Of a DNA stretch of 64,000 bases, positions 17,263 through 26,678 are shown one piece after another. The notes under the pieces are model-generated. The model searched no databases and was not told the origin of the DNA. It saw only the letters and a program-made list of their open reading frames with translations. The translations under genes were made by a program, and so were the position numbers. Each line of letters begins with the position of its first letter. Positions within the stretch are counted from its first letter, which is position 1. The DNA is from an uncultured Methanosarcinales archaeon (GTDB lineage Archaea > Nanobdellota > Nanobdellia > Woesearchaeales > UBA11576), in contig CAYOQS010000001.1 in NCBI GenBank assembly GCA_964406185.1, positions 6,121 through 70,120 of the forward strand, given 5' to 3'.

Positions 17263-19047
17263 CTACAGCTTGCCTTTGGCTGCCTGGTTCCTGAAGTGTT
17301 CTGTCTCCATCCTGATCGTCTCAGGGAGCCTGCCCAGCTCGTGGTACTCGTTGTCGAACGGTATCAGTCCCTGGAATACAGGCATCAGCTCGAGCAGTTT
17401 GTTTATCTCCTGCTGTGCTATTGACCTGTATGAGTCTATGCCTGCGGGCTGTGTCCTGAGTCCTGCTTCGTAGAAGCACTGCACAGGGTCTTTTGTCGCT
17501 ACGTGCCGTATTACGTTGGCCATGACAGGGACGTATTCTGCTGCGGAGTGCATGCCTTCTTTCCTGAAAAGGTCATATACTTCCTTGACCTCGTGCATCA
17601 TGGCGACGAACTCGTCTTTCATGCCTATCTCTTCTATCTCTTTTGGCATGTTGTATCCTATGACTGAGTACCTGTTGGTCTGCTGCCTGTCGCCTCTCTG
17701 TCTCTGCAGGTCCCTGTACGCTCCGATGTCGTATATCCGTTCGAAGATTACTGATCCGATCTCTGGTGATTTGTTGAATATGTCGTATCTTGCTTTTCCT
17801 TCTGCGACTGCTCGTGCTATCTCCTGCTTGTCTTCCAGCTTGAGCTTGCCTGCCAGTTCTTTGAGTTCTGTCATGCTTGCCTTGCCGTCGCCTCCGTTGA
17901 GGAGTATGCTGGCTAGCACGAGGTTCTGGAGGTCGTCCGGCGCCTCGAGGAGGGTGGACCTGCAGTCGTAGTGCTGGTACCTGAAGTCTTTTCCTGCTCC
18001 TGCTGCCTGGACGTGTTTCCTGTGCAGCGCCCTCAGGGTAGTGGGTATTTTGGCATGGTATTCGCTCCTGCTGCCGTACTTCATGAGAGTCGGGCTTATC
18101 TTCCTTGCTTCCGCCTGTGCTACAACTCCCAGCACCTGCATCTCCATGATCTCTTCTGACTGCCATTGTGTGAGCTGGTCCTGGAACCGTCTGGTGTTGA
18201 GCGTCACGCCGAGTGATGTGGTCATGTTCTGGGGCAGGAGGTATCTTGCCACGTCGAATGCCTTGCTTTTTATTATGCCTTCCCATGCGCGGTCTCTCAT
18301 CTTGACGTCTGTCCTGCCCAGCGCTTTCTGTATCTGCTGGTCCGCTTCTGCTCTCTTGTGCGCGAATTTCTTGTCAAGGTGCTCGAGCAGGTTGTCGTAT
18401 ATCCTTTCGTAGAGCTCTATGAGTTTCATGTCGAGCTCGAGGAGCATCTTCTCGTATTCTTTGCCTTTCAGCTCGTAGGGTATGCCCAGGTTTTCCGCCC
18501 TGAACGGCAGGGCTCTTGTGGACTGTTCCTGGTATGCACCTTCCCTTGCTGACTCGAGGAATTTTGTCGCTCTCTGGCTGACGCCTTCGAAGCATATCCT
18601 TATTGTGCCCGAGTCCCTGAGGGATGCGTGGCCGTACTTGACTCCCCATACATCTATGAACTTTCCTGCTTTCTTGAGGTGTCCTTTGAGCATTGCTGAG
18701 ACGTCTTTTCCTTCCTGTATCATCTCTGCGAGTTTGCCGACGGACGCTTCTCCTTCTTTCTCGTGCATGTCATTGAAGAGCTTGAGCAGCCGGTCCCTTC
18801 CTGTGAGGTTGCTTCTTGCGTACTGTCCCATGACTAGGGCCCATAGCTCGTTGGGCATGTTGTCTGTCGCGCAGTACACGTTGGAGTGGGTGTTAGTGAA
18901 GAAGTGCTCGAGGACTGTCCTCTCGTCTTTGGTATAGTCGTCTCCGTTCTTTCCGCGGAGCCGCCCTATACCGTGGAAGCCTGGCTTGAGCTGGCCTTGA
19001 GAATCTAGTATCTGTTCGGTTATCTGTTCCAACGTCATTACCCCCAT
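17263..19047 (-). CDS. tandem-domain ThyX-like protein (putative flavin-dependent thymidylate synthase, divergent motifs)
   Basis: 594 aa with two regions alignable by eye to ThyX. Region 1 is YGHASLRDSGTIRICFEGVSQRATKFLESAREGAYQEQSTRA ... ARYLLPQNMTTSLGVTLNTRRF. Region 2 is VIFERIYDIGAYRDLQRQRGDRQQTNRYS ... AEYVPVMANVIRHV. The canonical RHRxxSxxxxSxRY motif is altered in both (ARE..., RQR...). Confidence 0.55.
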   Translation of the reverse strand: MGVMTLEQITEQILDSQGQLKPGFHGIGRLRGKNGDDYTKDERTVLEHFFTNTHSNVYCATDNMPNELWALVMGQYARSNLTGRDRLLKLFNDMHEKEGEASVGKLAEMIQEGKDVSAMLKGHLKKAGKFIDVWGVKYGHASLRDSGTIRICFEGVSQRATKFLESAREGAYQEQSTRALPFRAENLGIPYELKGKEYEKMLLELDMKLIELYERIYDNLLEHLDKKFAHKRAEADQQIQKALGRTDVKMRDRAWEGIIKSKAFDVARYLLPQNMTTSLGVTLNTRRFQDQLTQWQSEEIMEMQVLGVVAQAEARKISPTLMKYGSRSEYHAKIPTTLRALHRKHVQAAGAGKDFRYQHYDCRSTLLEAPDDLQNLVLASILLNGGDGKASMTELKELAGKLKLEDKQEIARAVAEGKARYDIFNKSPEIGSVIFERIYDIGAYRDLQRQRGDRQQTNRYSVIGYNMPKEIEEIGMKDEFVAMMHEVKEVYDLFRKEGMHSAAEYVPVMANVIRHVATKDPVQCFYEAGLRTQPAGIDSYRSIAQQEINKLLELMPVFQGLIPFDNEYHELGRLPETIRMETEHFRNQAAKGKL

Positions 19048-19202
19048 TTTTAGTGCCTTCTTTTTTACCTTCTTTTTGTTGCTGGGGATGATGAGGTATA
19101 ATATTTAAAGTATTGGGTTGGTTTAAAAGATTATTAAGATAGCTTCCCTATTGCGTAATGGATAATTATAAATAAGATTGTGATGACTTGCAGGGTATAA
19201 AA

Positions 19203-20078
19203 ATGGTGGTTGTGGATTTTGACAGCAGGACTGGGCTTTACCTTGTGGCGGAGTCTGTCGACTGCGGTGGCAAGGGCTCTATAGTGAGCGCTATCAAGAG
19301 GTCTGAGCTGGATGCAGGCAGCACTGTTGTGGACCTCCGTCTTCTATGGCCTTCGAATGAGAAGGATAAGATACCTGCGGGGCCTGGCAATCCTCTGTTC
19401 GATATCTACGGCACTGATGATGTCATCCCTGAGTATGAGAAGCTGAAGTTGCATTATCTTGAGAGGTACGGAGAGGGTATCGATGTTATCTTCGCCTGTG
19501 AGCCGACTTGGGCGAGGACCGGCCTGAAGATAAGGAACAAGCTCATCCATGAGGTGAAAGGAAAGGATTATACTGCGCGTGACGCTGCAGAGGCTTATGC
19601 TGAGGACCGCCAGGAGCTGATATCAAAGCTGATACGCCCGGCCATCCTTGATGGTGTTGATGTTTATTGCGAGCGCAACTTCTGTTCGAGTGTGGTGTAC
19701 CAGTCTTCTATGGACAACCCTCTTTCTGTGAAGCAGATCCTGGCTCTTGAGGGGAACAGGTATGCTGCTGAAAACTCTCCCCATCTTTACATCGTCTGTG
19801 ACGTGGGTGCGGATACTGCGATGGAGCGCAAGTCTGTGCGTGACAAGAAGGACTGCTGCAAGTTCGAGACTTTGGGGTTTCAGCGCAGGATCGAGGACAA
19901 GTACCGTTCCTCTTGGCTGGCCGATATTCTCAGGTCTTATGGTTCCTTTGTGGTGTATGTCAATACTGAGAAGCCGACCTCTCCTCGTGACACTTCTGCT
20001 GCCGCGCTGAGGATAGTGAGCATGTTCCGTGATAAGAAGTTGGATGACGGTGCAAGGTTCAACTTTGACTTGAAGTGA
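19203..20078 (+). CDS. thymidylate kinase-like P-loop protein (divergent)
   Basis: The P-loop-like ESVDCGGKGS compares with EGxDGxGKTT, and ERNFCSSVVYQS compares with the DRYxxSxxAYQ motif. ATG at 19203, with TATA-like aattataaata about 30 nt upstream; the track start is TTG. Confidence 0.45.
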   Translation: MVVVDFDSRTGLYLVAESVDCGGKGSIVSAIKRSELDAGSTVVDLRLLWPSNEKDKIPAGPGNPLFDIYGTDDVIPEYEKLKLHYLERYGEGIDVIFACEPTWARTGLKIRNKLIHEVKGKDYTARDAAEAYAEDRQELISKLIRPAILDGVDVYCERNFCSSVVYQSSMDNPLSVKQILALEGNRYAAENSPHLYIVCDVGADTAMERKSVRDKKDCCKFETLGFQRRIEDKYRSSWLADILRSYGSFVVYVNTEKPTSPRDTSAAALRIVSMFRDKKLDDGARFNFDLK

Positions 20079-20529
20079 GAATTAGGGATTTATTAAGGAT
20101 TTTTATGGGGTCATTCGCCTGATTCTTCTTCGTTCTCTTCTTCTGCGTCGTCGCTGCCCAGCCACCCGGTGAGTGCCTGGTTCTTCTTTATAGTGTTGTA
20201 GCTTATGTTGCTTTGCGGTATCAGGTTGCACACCTCCTTTTGTTTTCTTTGCCTTTACGTTTGCTTTACCTTTACTTTACTCTTTGGTTCTCGCGAAGGT
20301 TAAGGTTGGGGTGGTTCTGAAAATCTTTTTAGAAATCCAGAACCATGATTGTATGTTGGCATACGGGAACCTCATATTTAAATTAATTCAGACTGAAAAC
20401 TATCGTTAGCAAAATATAGTCTCGAGTGCGACATCCCTCGGGAGTGAAAATCGTGTTCACTACTCTGTGTGTTTTGTAAAATTTAAGAAAGGGTTTTTCT
20501 GGTTTCCTGCGGTAGACAGCTCTCCAGTA

Positions 20530-21030
20530 TTATCCGAAGCTGAATATCTGGTGGAGATCGTCCTCCACAACTTCTCCTGTCTCTGCGTCGACCTTGATAT
20601 TCAGTGTCTGGAAGGTCTTTGTGATGTATGTTATGTTCCATACCTGGCCTTGTTCAAGTTTCTGCAGTATCACCACTTCCTTTAGCGGTTCGTGCTTTGC
20701 GTATTTTTCCTGCTGCAGCTTCCTGCACGTCTCCATGGCTTGTTCGAAGGATGTCTTGACCTTGCTCATGTCCAGGGGGTTTATGCTTGCTGTGTCTTTG
20801 GTGAATATCTCTTTTGATTCTGATATCTCTATGTCTTTCATCTCCCCGTCTGCCACGAACGATGTCATGAGCTTCTTCTTCGGGTCGTAGAATCCGATGT
20901 CGTACTTTGTGTCTTTGCCTGGGTCCAGGAGCAGGAAAAGATGTACTATCTTCGCGTCAGGGTTTTTCTCCTTCCACTCCCTGAACGTCTCTGTCTCCTC
21001 CAGTGCAGGTATCAGTTCAGTCGGGTGCAT
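20530..21030 (-). CDS. hypothetical protein, possibly PepSY-like
   Basis: 166 aa. The C-terminal QVWNITYITKTFQTLNIKVDAETGEVV resembles the PepSY signature. Otherwise it is unassigned. Confidence 0.4.
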   Translation of the reverse strand: MHPTELIPALEETETFREWKEKNPDAKIVHLFLLLDPGKDTKYDIGFYDPKKKLMTSFVADGEMKDIEISESKEIFTKDTASINPLDMSKVKTSFEQAMETCRKLQQEKYAKHEPLKEVVILQKLEQGQVWNITYITKTFQTLNIKVDAETGEVVEDDLHQIFSFG

Positions 21031-21211
21031 ATTTTTTTAGTCATATTTCAACTTTATAAGTTTTACCCATGTAAGGGTCAGTACCATTCCCGCAGGCCTT
21101 TGACCTAATCATAAAGGCCGTTGCTAGGGGAAGCCTCCGAGCGTAGCGAAGCGTAGCAGGCCTCAATTCCCGACCAAAACCCTTAAAAAATCTCCCCCAC
21201 CAATTCTCGAC

Positions 21212-22144
21212 ATGGTCAAAGACGCATACAAAGCACTCCTTGAGAAGCAGCAGTATGAGTTCATCGGAAACCACTCTGCTGTCAAGGTCTGTACATGGAC
21301 TAAGAAGTCGTTGCGGGATGAGGGTGTATGCTACAAGGAGAGGTTCTACGGCATCAGGAGCCATCGCTGCTGCCAGCTCTCTGTGACTGTGAATTACTGT
21401 GACATGGACTGTGTGTACTGCTGGCGCGAGCATTACAACGAGCCTTTCACTGATATCGATGACCCGAAGGAACTGGTCAGCAGGGCTATAGCTGCCCAGC
21501 GCAAGCTCCTCTCCGGCTTCGGCGGTCTGGACAGGACAAACAGGGACAAGCTGAAACAGGCCCGGGACCCGGACCAGTTCGCGATATCGCTCACTGGCGA
21601 GACTCTTTACTATCCTCACCTTAGCGGTTTCATCAGGGAGATCAAGGCAAGGGGCTGGAGCTGTTTTGTCGTGACGAATGGCATGCTGCCTGATGTCATG
21701 GAGAAGCTGGAGCCGCCCACCCAGCTTTACCTTTCTGTTGACTCTCCGGACGCTGCACTCCAAAAAGAGCTCTGCAGGCCGGACCATCCTGATGCGTGGC
21801 AGCGGTTGCTGAAGAGCCTTGAAATACTTAAAGCGATCAGGGGTAAGACCCGCACCTGTCTGCGAATAACCTGCATCAAGGGTATGAACATGAAAGACCC
21901 TGAAGGCTACGCAGGACTCATAAGGCGCGCAGAGCCTCACTTCGTGGAGGTCAAGGCGTACATGTTCGTCGGAGCCTCAAGACTCAAGCTCAGCATGGAG
22001 AACATGCCGCGCCATGAAGAGGTGAAAGAGTTCGCAGGGAGGATCGCAGAAGCTGCGGGCTACAGGGTCATCGATGAGCACTCTCCCTCCCGTGTGGTGT
22101 TGCTGATGAAGGAAGACTTTCCCGGAAGAATCATGGGTTTGTGA
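21212..22144 (+). CDS. taw1: radical SAM 4-demethylwyosine synthase (Taw1/TYW1)
   Basis: 310 aa. The N-terminus LLEKQQYEFIGNHSAVKVCTWTKKSL is typical of Taw1, with the radical SAM cluster CDMDCVYCWR and a second Cys set. Confidence 0.85.
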   Translation: MVKDAYKALLEKQQYEFIGNHSAVKVCTWTKKSLRDEGVCYKERFYGIRSHRCCQLSVTVNYCDMDCVYCWREHYNEPFTDIDDPKELVSRAIAAQRKLLSGFGGLDRTNRDKLKQARDPDQFAISLTGETLYYPHLSGFIREIKARGWSCFVVTNGMLPDVMEKLEPPTQLYLSVDSPDAALQKELCRPDHPDAWQRLLKSLEILKAIRGKTRTCLRITCIKGMNMKDPEGYAGLIRRAEPHFVEVKAYMFVGASRLKLSMENMPRHEEVKEFAGRIAEAAGYRVIDEHSPSRVVLLMKEDFPGRIMGL

Positions 22145-22195
22145 GTTTTTTTCAGGTTCTATTAGTTTTTTCGGGTTCTATTTTCATATCACTTT

Positions 22196-22627
22196 TCATA
22201 TCACTTTCAGCTTCTTTAGCCAGTACTGCCATACAGGTTCGAGCTTCAGCTCTTTTATCTGCTCTGGCGCGTACCAGCCGATGGATTTCGTCTCGCGCTC
22301 GTTCCTCTCGATCTCTCCGGACACTGTGCATTGGTAGAGGTACCAGTGGTGTGCGTCTATGCCTTTGCTGCAGCGGTTCCATTCGAGCTCTTCCTCAAAA
22401 AGAAGGTTGTGGCTCTCGACATGCAGCCCTGTCTCTTCCCTGACCTCGCGCACCAGTGCCTCTATCTCGCTCTCGCCTTGATCGACATGCCCTGCGGGAC
22501 CTGCGAACCCGTATGGTTCTATCGCCCTGTCTATGAGGAGGTACTTGCCGTCCTTTTTTATCAGGGCGCCGACTGAGTAGTGCATTGGGTTGCCGTGCTT
22601 GGTAAGTCCTTGTTTGGGTTTCGGCAT
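22196..22627 (-). CDS. NUDIX hydrolase
   Basis: It has the Nudix box GPAGHVDQGESEIEALVREVREETGL (Gx5Ex7REVxEExGL). Confidence 0.85.
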   Translation of the reverse strand: MPKPKQGLTKHGNPMHYSVGALIKKDGKYLLIDRAIEPYGFAGPAGHVDQGESEIEALVREVREETGLHVESHNLLFEEELEWNRCSKGIDAHHWYLYQCTVSGEIERNERETKSIGWYAPEQIKELKLEPVWQYWLKKLKVI

Positions 22628-22639
22628 TTTTGGTGTATC

Positions 22640-23236
22640 TCATACTGTGAGTATCATTCCCCAGGGTCCTGGGTTGATTATCTTTGTCTTGTCTATCTTG
22701 TCTTTCATGCCTGCGTTCTCGTGCAGATGTCCTGATATCGCAAGCTTGGGCTGTACGAGCTTTATGAATTTCCTTATCGACTTGCTGCCCGCTGGCTGGT
22801 CGAGTATCATGTCTATCTTGGTGCCGTACGGCGGCGCGTGCGTGACGAGCAGTATCTTCTTGCTTTCGGGTATCTTTTTCATTGCCTCGTCCGCCCACTT
22901 CTCGAATTCCTTGTCTTTTGTGGAGAAGCCTCCTCCCCCGTAGAAAAGCATGACGCAGTCGCCGTGCTCCAGCGTCTCCTTGTGCAGGAACTTGACGTTC
23001 TTTGTCTTCCTGCAGAGCTTGCGGGTCTCTTCCTCGCTTTCGTGGTTTCCGTGCGTGAGCAGTACCGGCAGGCCTATGCTGTCGAACTGCTTTATTATGT
23101 CTTCATGGGAATCGCTGAATATGGTGTGGTCGCCTGCTGATATGACATAGTCGACCTTTTCTTTGCGTGCCAGCTGCGCTATCTTCTTTATCATCTTTGT
23201 AGAGCCGTGAAGGTCGACCAGCGCGAGTATCTTCAT
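22640..23236 (-). CDS. metallophosphoesterase (calcineurin-like)
   Basis: The motifs are MKILALVDLHGS, SAGDH, HGNHE, VTHAPP and SGHLHE. Confidence 0.8.
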   Translation of the reverse strand: MKILALVDLHGSTKMIKKIAQLARKEKVDYVISAGDHTIFSDSHEDIIKQFDSIGLPVLLTHGNHESEEETRKLCRKTKNVKFLHKETLEHGDCVMLFYGGGGFSTKDKEFEKWADEAMKKIPESKKILLVTHAPPYGTKIDMILDQPAGSKSIRKFIKLVQPKLAISGHLHENAGMKDKIDKTKIINPGPWGMILTV

Positions 23237-23346
23237 ACGCGCGGATAATTCCGCTTATCTTATAAATTTTGTTGTTAGGCCTGGTCGCGGGCTTATCAGA
23301 AAATATTAAAAATGCTGGAGGTTTCCGACCTTCCAGGTGATAGTGG

Positions 23347-23733
23347 ATGAGGGTTAAGGATATCATGAAGAAGGCGGTGACTGTGGATTCTGGGGTGTCG
23401 CTGAGGGACGCTGCTAAGCTGATGGTGAAGGAGAGGATCGGTTCGCTAATTGTTATGGATGGAGACAGTATTGGCGGGATAATAACTGAGAGGGACATGC
23501 TCAAGAGGGTGTGTGAGAGGAAAGATACTCTTGAGAAGAAGGTGGGTCTGTTCATGTCCAGGAAGCTTATTACTGTATCTTCGAACAGGTTCATCGACCA
23601 TGCTGCTACGGTGATGAGCGAGCACAACATCAAGAAGCTGCCGGTGGTGGATGACGGCAAGCTTAAAGGGATCATAACATCTACAGACATCGTCGCGCAT
23701 CATGATGAGCTTGACGACCTGAGTGTCTTCTAG
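23347..23733 (+). CDS. CBS domain pair protein
   Basis: 128 aa with two CBS repeats (VKDIMKK...IGSLIVMDG..IGGIITERDM and LFMSRKLITV...IKKLPVVDDGKLKGIITSTDI). Confidence 0.85.
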   Translation: MRVKDIMKKAVTVDSGVSLRDAAKLMVKERIGSLIVMDGDSIGGIITERDMLKRVCERKDTLEKKVGLFMSRKLITVSSNRFIDHAATVMSEHNIKKLPVVDDGKLKGIITSTDIVAHHDELDDLSVF

Positions 23734-23788
23734 TATTGCGCGTTTGCCTGCCTAAAGATTTATAAATGGTCATGGCTTGGATAGTAGC

Positions 23789-24361
23789 ATGCATAAGCTG
23801 AAGGAAAAGAGAGGGAAGAAGACGGTCACGCATCATTTCAGCCACGTGACTGATAATGATGGTTCTAAGAAGCATGTCTATCTGGGCACCAGTCCGAAGA
23901 AGGCACGGAACAAGCTCACAAAGCTGCGCGTGGAGCGTGTCCGCTCGCAGGACAGGCTGGTCAGGGAGATGGATAAGGTCCAGTCAGAGCTCAAGAGGCT
24001 GGGCCATCATGAACGTTCTTATGATGAGGTCATGTCCGACCTCAGGAAGCGCCATTACAGGGAGAAGCACATCGACCGTATGTTTGGCGATGACCTGAAG
24101 TACGCTTTTCCCACCAATGCTTTCGTGATCACCTTGGCGGTCGTGCTTTTCGTGGGCGGCCTTGTGTATGTTGCGTATTCTGATCCTGAGGTCACTGGCG
24201 CTGCCGTGAGCATCACGAGCTCTCTTGCCGCGCGCCAGCTCATGGCGACTTCTGCCGGCATGCTCGTGATAATCCTTGTCCTCGGGGCGGTGATGCATTA
24301 TGCTGACCACAGGCACCGCCACAGGCATGACAGGTACAAGCATCCCAAGATGCTGGAGTGA
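23789..24361 (+). CDS. hypothetical membrane protein with a basic N-terminal region, two TM helices and a His/Arg-rich tail
   Basis: I chose ATG 23789 (MHKLKEKRGKK), with TATA-like tttataaat about 25 nt upstream; the track start is TTG. The TM segments are FVITLAVVLFVGGLVYV and SAGMLVIILVLGAVM, and the tail is HRHRHRHDRYKH. Confidence 0.5.
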   Translation: MHKLKEKRGKKTVTHHFSHVTDNDGSKKHVYLGTSPKKARNKLTKLRVERVRSQDRLVREMDKVQSELKRLGHHERSYDEVMSDLRKRHYREKHIDRMFGDDLKYAFPTNAFVITLAVVLFVGGLVYVAYSDPEVTGAAVSITSSLAARQLMATSAGMLVIILVLGAVMHYADHRHRHRHDRYKHPKMLE

Positions 24362-24377
24362 CAGGAACAGCAGAAGA

Positions 24378-25529
24378 TCACATCACACTGTAATAATCCT
24401 CGAGCACTATCTTGTCTATCTCTTTGAGGTCCTTTACGATGTAGAGCTTTCCCCGCCCTATCTGGACGACCTTCTCGGCGAGCTTGGTCCCTTTGTTGTC
24501 AAGGTTTATCCCTATGACCGATATGGTTATGCCTGCGGCTTTTGCCATGGACGCTGCTTCGAGTGTGGCTTTCTCAGGGTCTTCTCCTTTTGTGGGCAGT
24601 GCGTCTGACAGCAGCAGCAGGTGCTTGGTGACTTCCCTGCTGGGAAACATTGTTATCGCTCTCCTGATGGTGGCTGCTATGTCTGTCTCTGCCGACGCCC
24701 TGACTCTTGTTATAGCGTTGAGTATGGTGGGAAAGTCTTTGGTAGGCTCTATCACGTCTTTGATCTCTGTGCCGAAGACTATCAGCCCGACCCTGTCTTT
24801 CTCCTGTATCGCCTTGTATGCCAGCGCGACTCCTGCTTTCTTGCACGTGCCTATCTTGTCTCCTTTCATGCTTCCGCTGGAGTCGAGTGCGTATACCATG
24901 TACACCTCTCCTTTGCTCTGCCGCTCGTGTGTCTTCAGGTCTTCCATATGTATCCATAAGTGCCCTCGCCGTATCGCTGTCTTCGCTGATTTCTTGACCG
25001 CGATGTCCTTGTACCTGTCGCCTTTCCTGTAGCTGCGCGCGTACTGCCTGTCTCCGTAGTGGGATTCTTTCTTGTGTATCTTCTCTCCGCTTATCCCGCG
25101 GGGCACGATATTGTCCAGTTCCTGGATATACAGTATCAAGGATGCCAGTTCTATGCCTTTTTCTGTTATCGCGCCCTGCCTGTCGAGCACTCCGTCCTTC
25201 TTGAACCTTTCCAGTCTCTCGTCGAGCTTTTTCTTGAGCTCTCTCTGGAATTCAGGTATGCCTATGTTCTTCTCGATATAGTCAGGATCATACCCTGAGA
25301 CTGCCCGTATCAGAGCCTCTCCGAACAGGCTTTTCGTCATGCTGTAGTTCTTGACGAGCTTCTCGAACATCATGTCAGGTGTGAATGCCCCGACTCCCCT
25401 GTTCAGCGCTTCTTCTATCATCATGCCTTCATCTATCTTCTCCTTGTCGTTCTCGAGGACTGAATGCATGAGCTTCTCATCTATGTCGTCCATCCGGAGA
25501 CTGCCGTCCAGCTCTTCGACCCTGGACAT
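24378..25529 (-). CDS. VWA domain protein (ChlD-like C-terminal half)
   Basis: 383 aa. The C-terminal VWA has the MIDAS motif YALDSSGSM ... T ... LLSDALPT. The N-terminal roughly 190 aa are helical. Confidence 0.8.
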   Translation of the reverse strand: MSRVEELDGSLRMDDIDEKLMHSVLENDKEKIDEGMMIEEALNRGVGAFTPDMMFEKLVKNYSMTKSLFGEALIRAVSGYDPDYIEKNIGIPEFQRELKKKLDERLERFKKDGVLDRQGAITEKGIELASLILYIQELDNIVPRGISGEKIHKKESHYGDRQYARSYRKGDRYKDIAVKKSAKTAIRRGHLWIHMEDLKTHERQSKGEVYMVYALDSSGSMKGDKIGTCKKAGVALAYKAIQEKDRVGLIVFGTEIKDVIEPTKDFPTILNAITRVRASAETDIAATIRRAITMFPSREVTKHLLLLSDALPTKGEDPEKATLEAASMAKAAGITISVIGINLDNKGTKLAEKVVQIGRGKLYIVKDLKEIDKIVLEDYYSVM

Positions 25530-25575
25530 GTCAGAAATATGTGCTTGTCCTTCCTTCTTCTCTTCAGCGCCTATG

Positions 25576-26607
25576 CTAGGGGCCTTCGCCTTCTTCTGTC
25601 TCTTTCTCGAGGCCCTGCTGCTCCCTGAAATCCTGGAGCTTCTCCTTGACGAGATCCTGCGGTGACTGCAGGTATTGTGCTGAGGGTTTGAGACGTATCC
25701 TGTGGCTCAACACAGAGACTATGACATCCTCTATGTCTTTCCATCCGACCTGTTGCTTGTTTTTGAGTAGCGCGTTGGTCTGTGCCCTTTCGCACAGACC
25801 TATTGTCGCCCTTACGCTTGGGAGTTTCTCGAGCTTGTCGCTCTCCCTGAGAAGTCTTACGAACATGACCGCGAGTTTCTTCGTCGGTTCGGGAAAGTCA
25901 ATGAACTTCTGTGCTTCCTGGTCGACTATCTGCTCTTCATGCTCTTGGGTCTCAGGATATTGCATGTATGCTATGTCAAACCGGTCCATGAGCACGTCTG
26001 AGAGCGTCTCTGTGCTTGTGTCTTCAGGATTCATGGTCGCTATGAATATGAAGTTGGCTTCAAGGTCTACATCATAAGAACCGATCGTGACTGTCTTCTC
26101 CTGCAGCGCCTGCAAGAGTGCGTTCTGGAGCTTCTCGGGAGCCCTGTTTAGCTCGTCGAAGAAAAGTATTCCGTTGTTTGCCTTGAATATCTTTCCTGGT
26201 GTGAATGCCTCTATGGATAGCGGTCCGAACTTTATCGCTTTTGCAGGGTCTATGTCTCCTATCAGGTCTTCTGCTGTCAGGTCAGGGCTTCCCTGTACCC
26301 TGACGAACCTGTCAGCTCCGGTCACCGTCTTCCTGCCCTGTGTCTTGCCTGCCCTGCATTCAGGACATACTGGGCTGTCCGGGCTGCAGTGGTATGGGCA
26401 GTCGTTTACCTCGACCTCGGGCAGTGTGCTGGCGATGTTCTTTGCCAGGGTTGTCTTGCCTATGCCTGGCGGCCCTATTATCAGGACGTTCCTGCCTGCG
26501 AGGAGTGCTGACTTTACCTGTCTCTTGACCTCGTCCTGGCCTATTATGTGTGCGAATCCTCTGTCCTGTTCGAGGAATGATTGCCTTAGCTGTTCTGCAA
26601 GTCTCAT
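25576..26607 (-). CDS. AAA+ ATPase of the ChlI/BchI (Mg-chelatase subunit I-like) family with a Cys-rich insert
   Basis: 343 aa with IIGQDEVK, Walker A GPPGIGKTT, the insert NDCPYHCSPDSPVCPECRAG, Walker B ILFFDELNRA and sensor IFIATMNPED. Confidence 0.85.
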   Translation of the reverse strand: MRLAEQLRQSFLEQDRGFAHIIGQDEVKRQVKSALLAGRNVLIIGPPGIGKTTLAKNIASTLPEVEVNDCPYHCSPDSPVCPECRAGKTQGRKTVTGADRFVRVQGSPDLTAEDLIGDIDPAKAIKFGPLSIEAFTPGKIFKANNGILFFDELNRAPEKLQNALLQALQEKTVTIGSYDVDLEANFIFIATMNPEDTSTETLSDVLMDRFDIAYMQYPETQEHEEQIVDQEAQKFIDFPEPTKKLAVMFVRLLRESDKLEKLPSVRATIGLCERAQTNALLKNKQQVGWKDIEDVIVSVLSHRIRLKPSAQYLQSPQDLVKEKLQDFREQQGLEKETEEGEGP

Positions 26608-26678
26608 ATTGTGTCAGAAATGAGGAATGTTGTTTATATACCTTTTCGGATAGGTTTTTATATGTTCCTGTCTTGGCT

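Noticed and set aside
20111-20233. A 40-codon minus-strand ORF (CNLIPQSNISYNTIKKNQALTGWLGSDDAEEENEEESGE) in the 450-nt gap between the Tmk-like gene and 20530..21030, with GGAGG nearby.
   Set aside because: The only possible start is a GTG that is itself part of the GGAGGTG motif, leaving no spacer. There is no in-frame ATG and no recognisable family, and it is too short to support.
20340-20400. Possible C/D-box sRNA (ATGATTG ... CTGA about 50 nt apart) in the same gap.
   Set aside because: The C box is imperfect (TGATTG rather than TGATGA). There are no clear C'/D' boxes or terminal stem, so such matches are expected by chance in AT-rich DNA.
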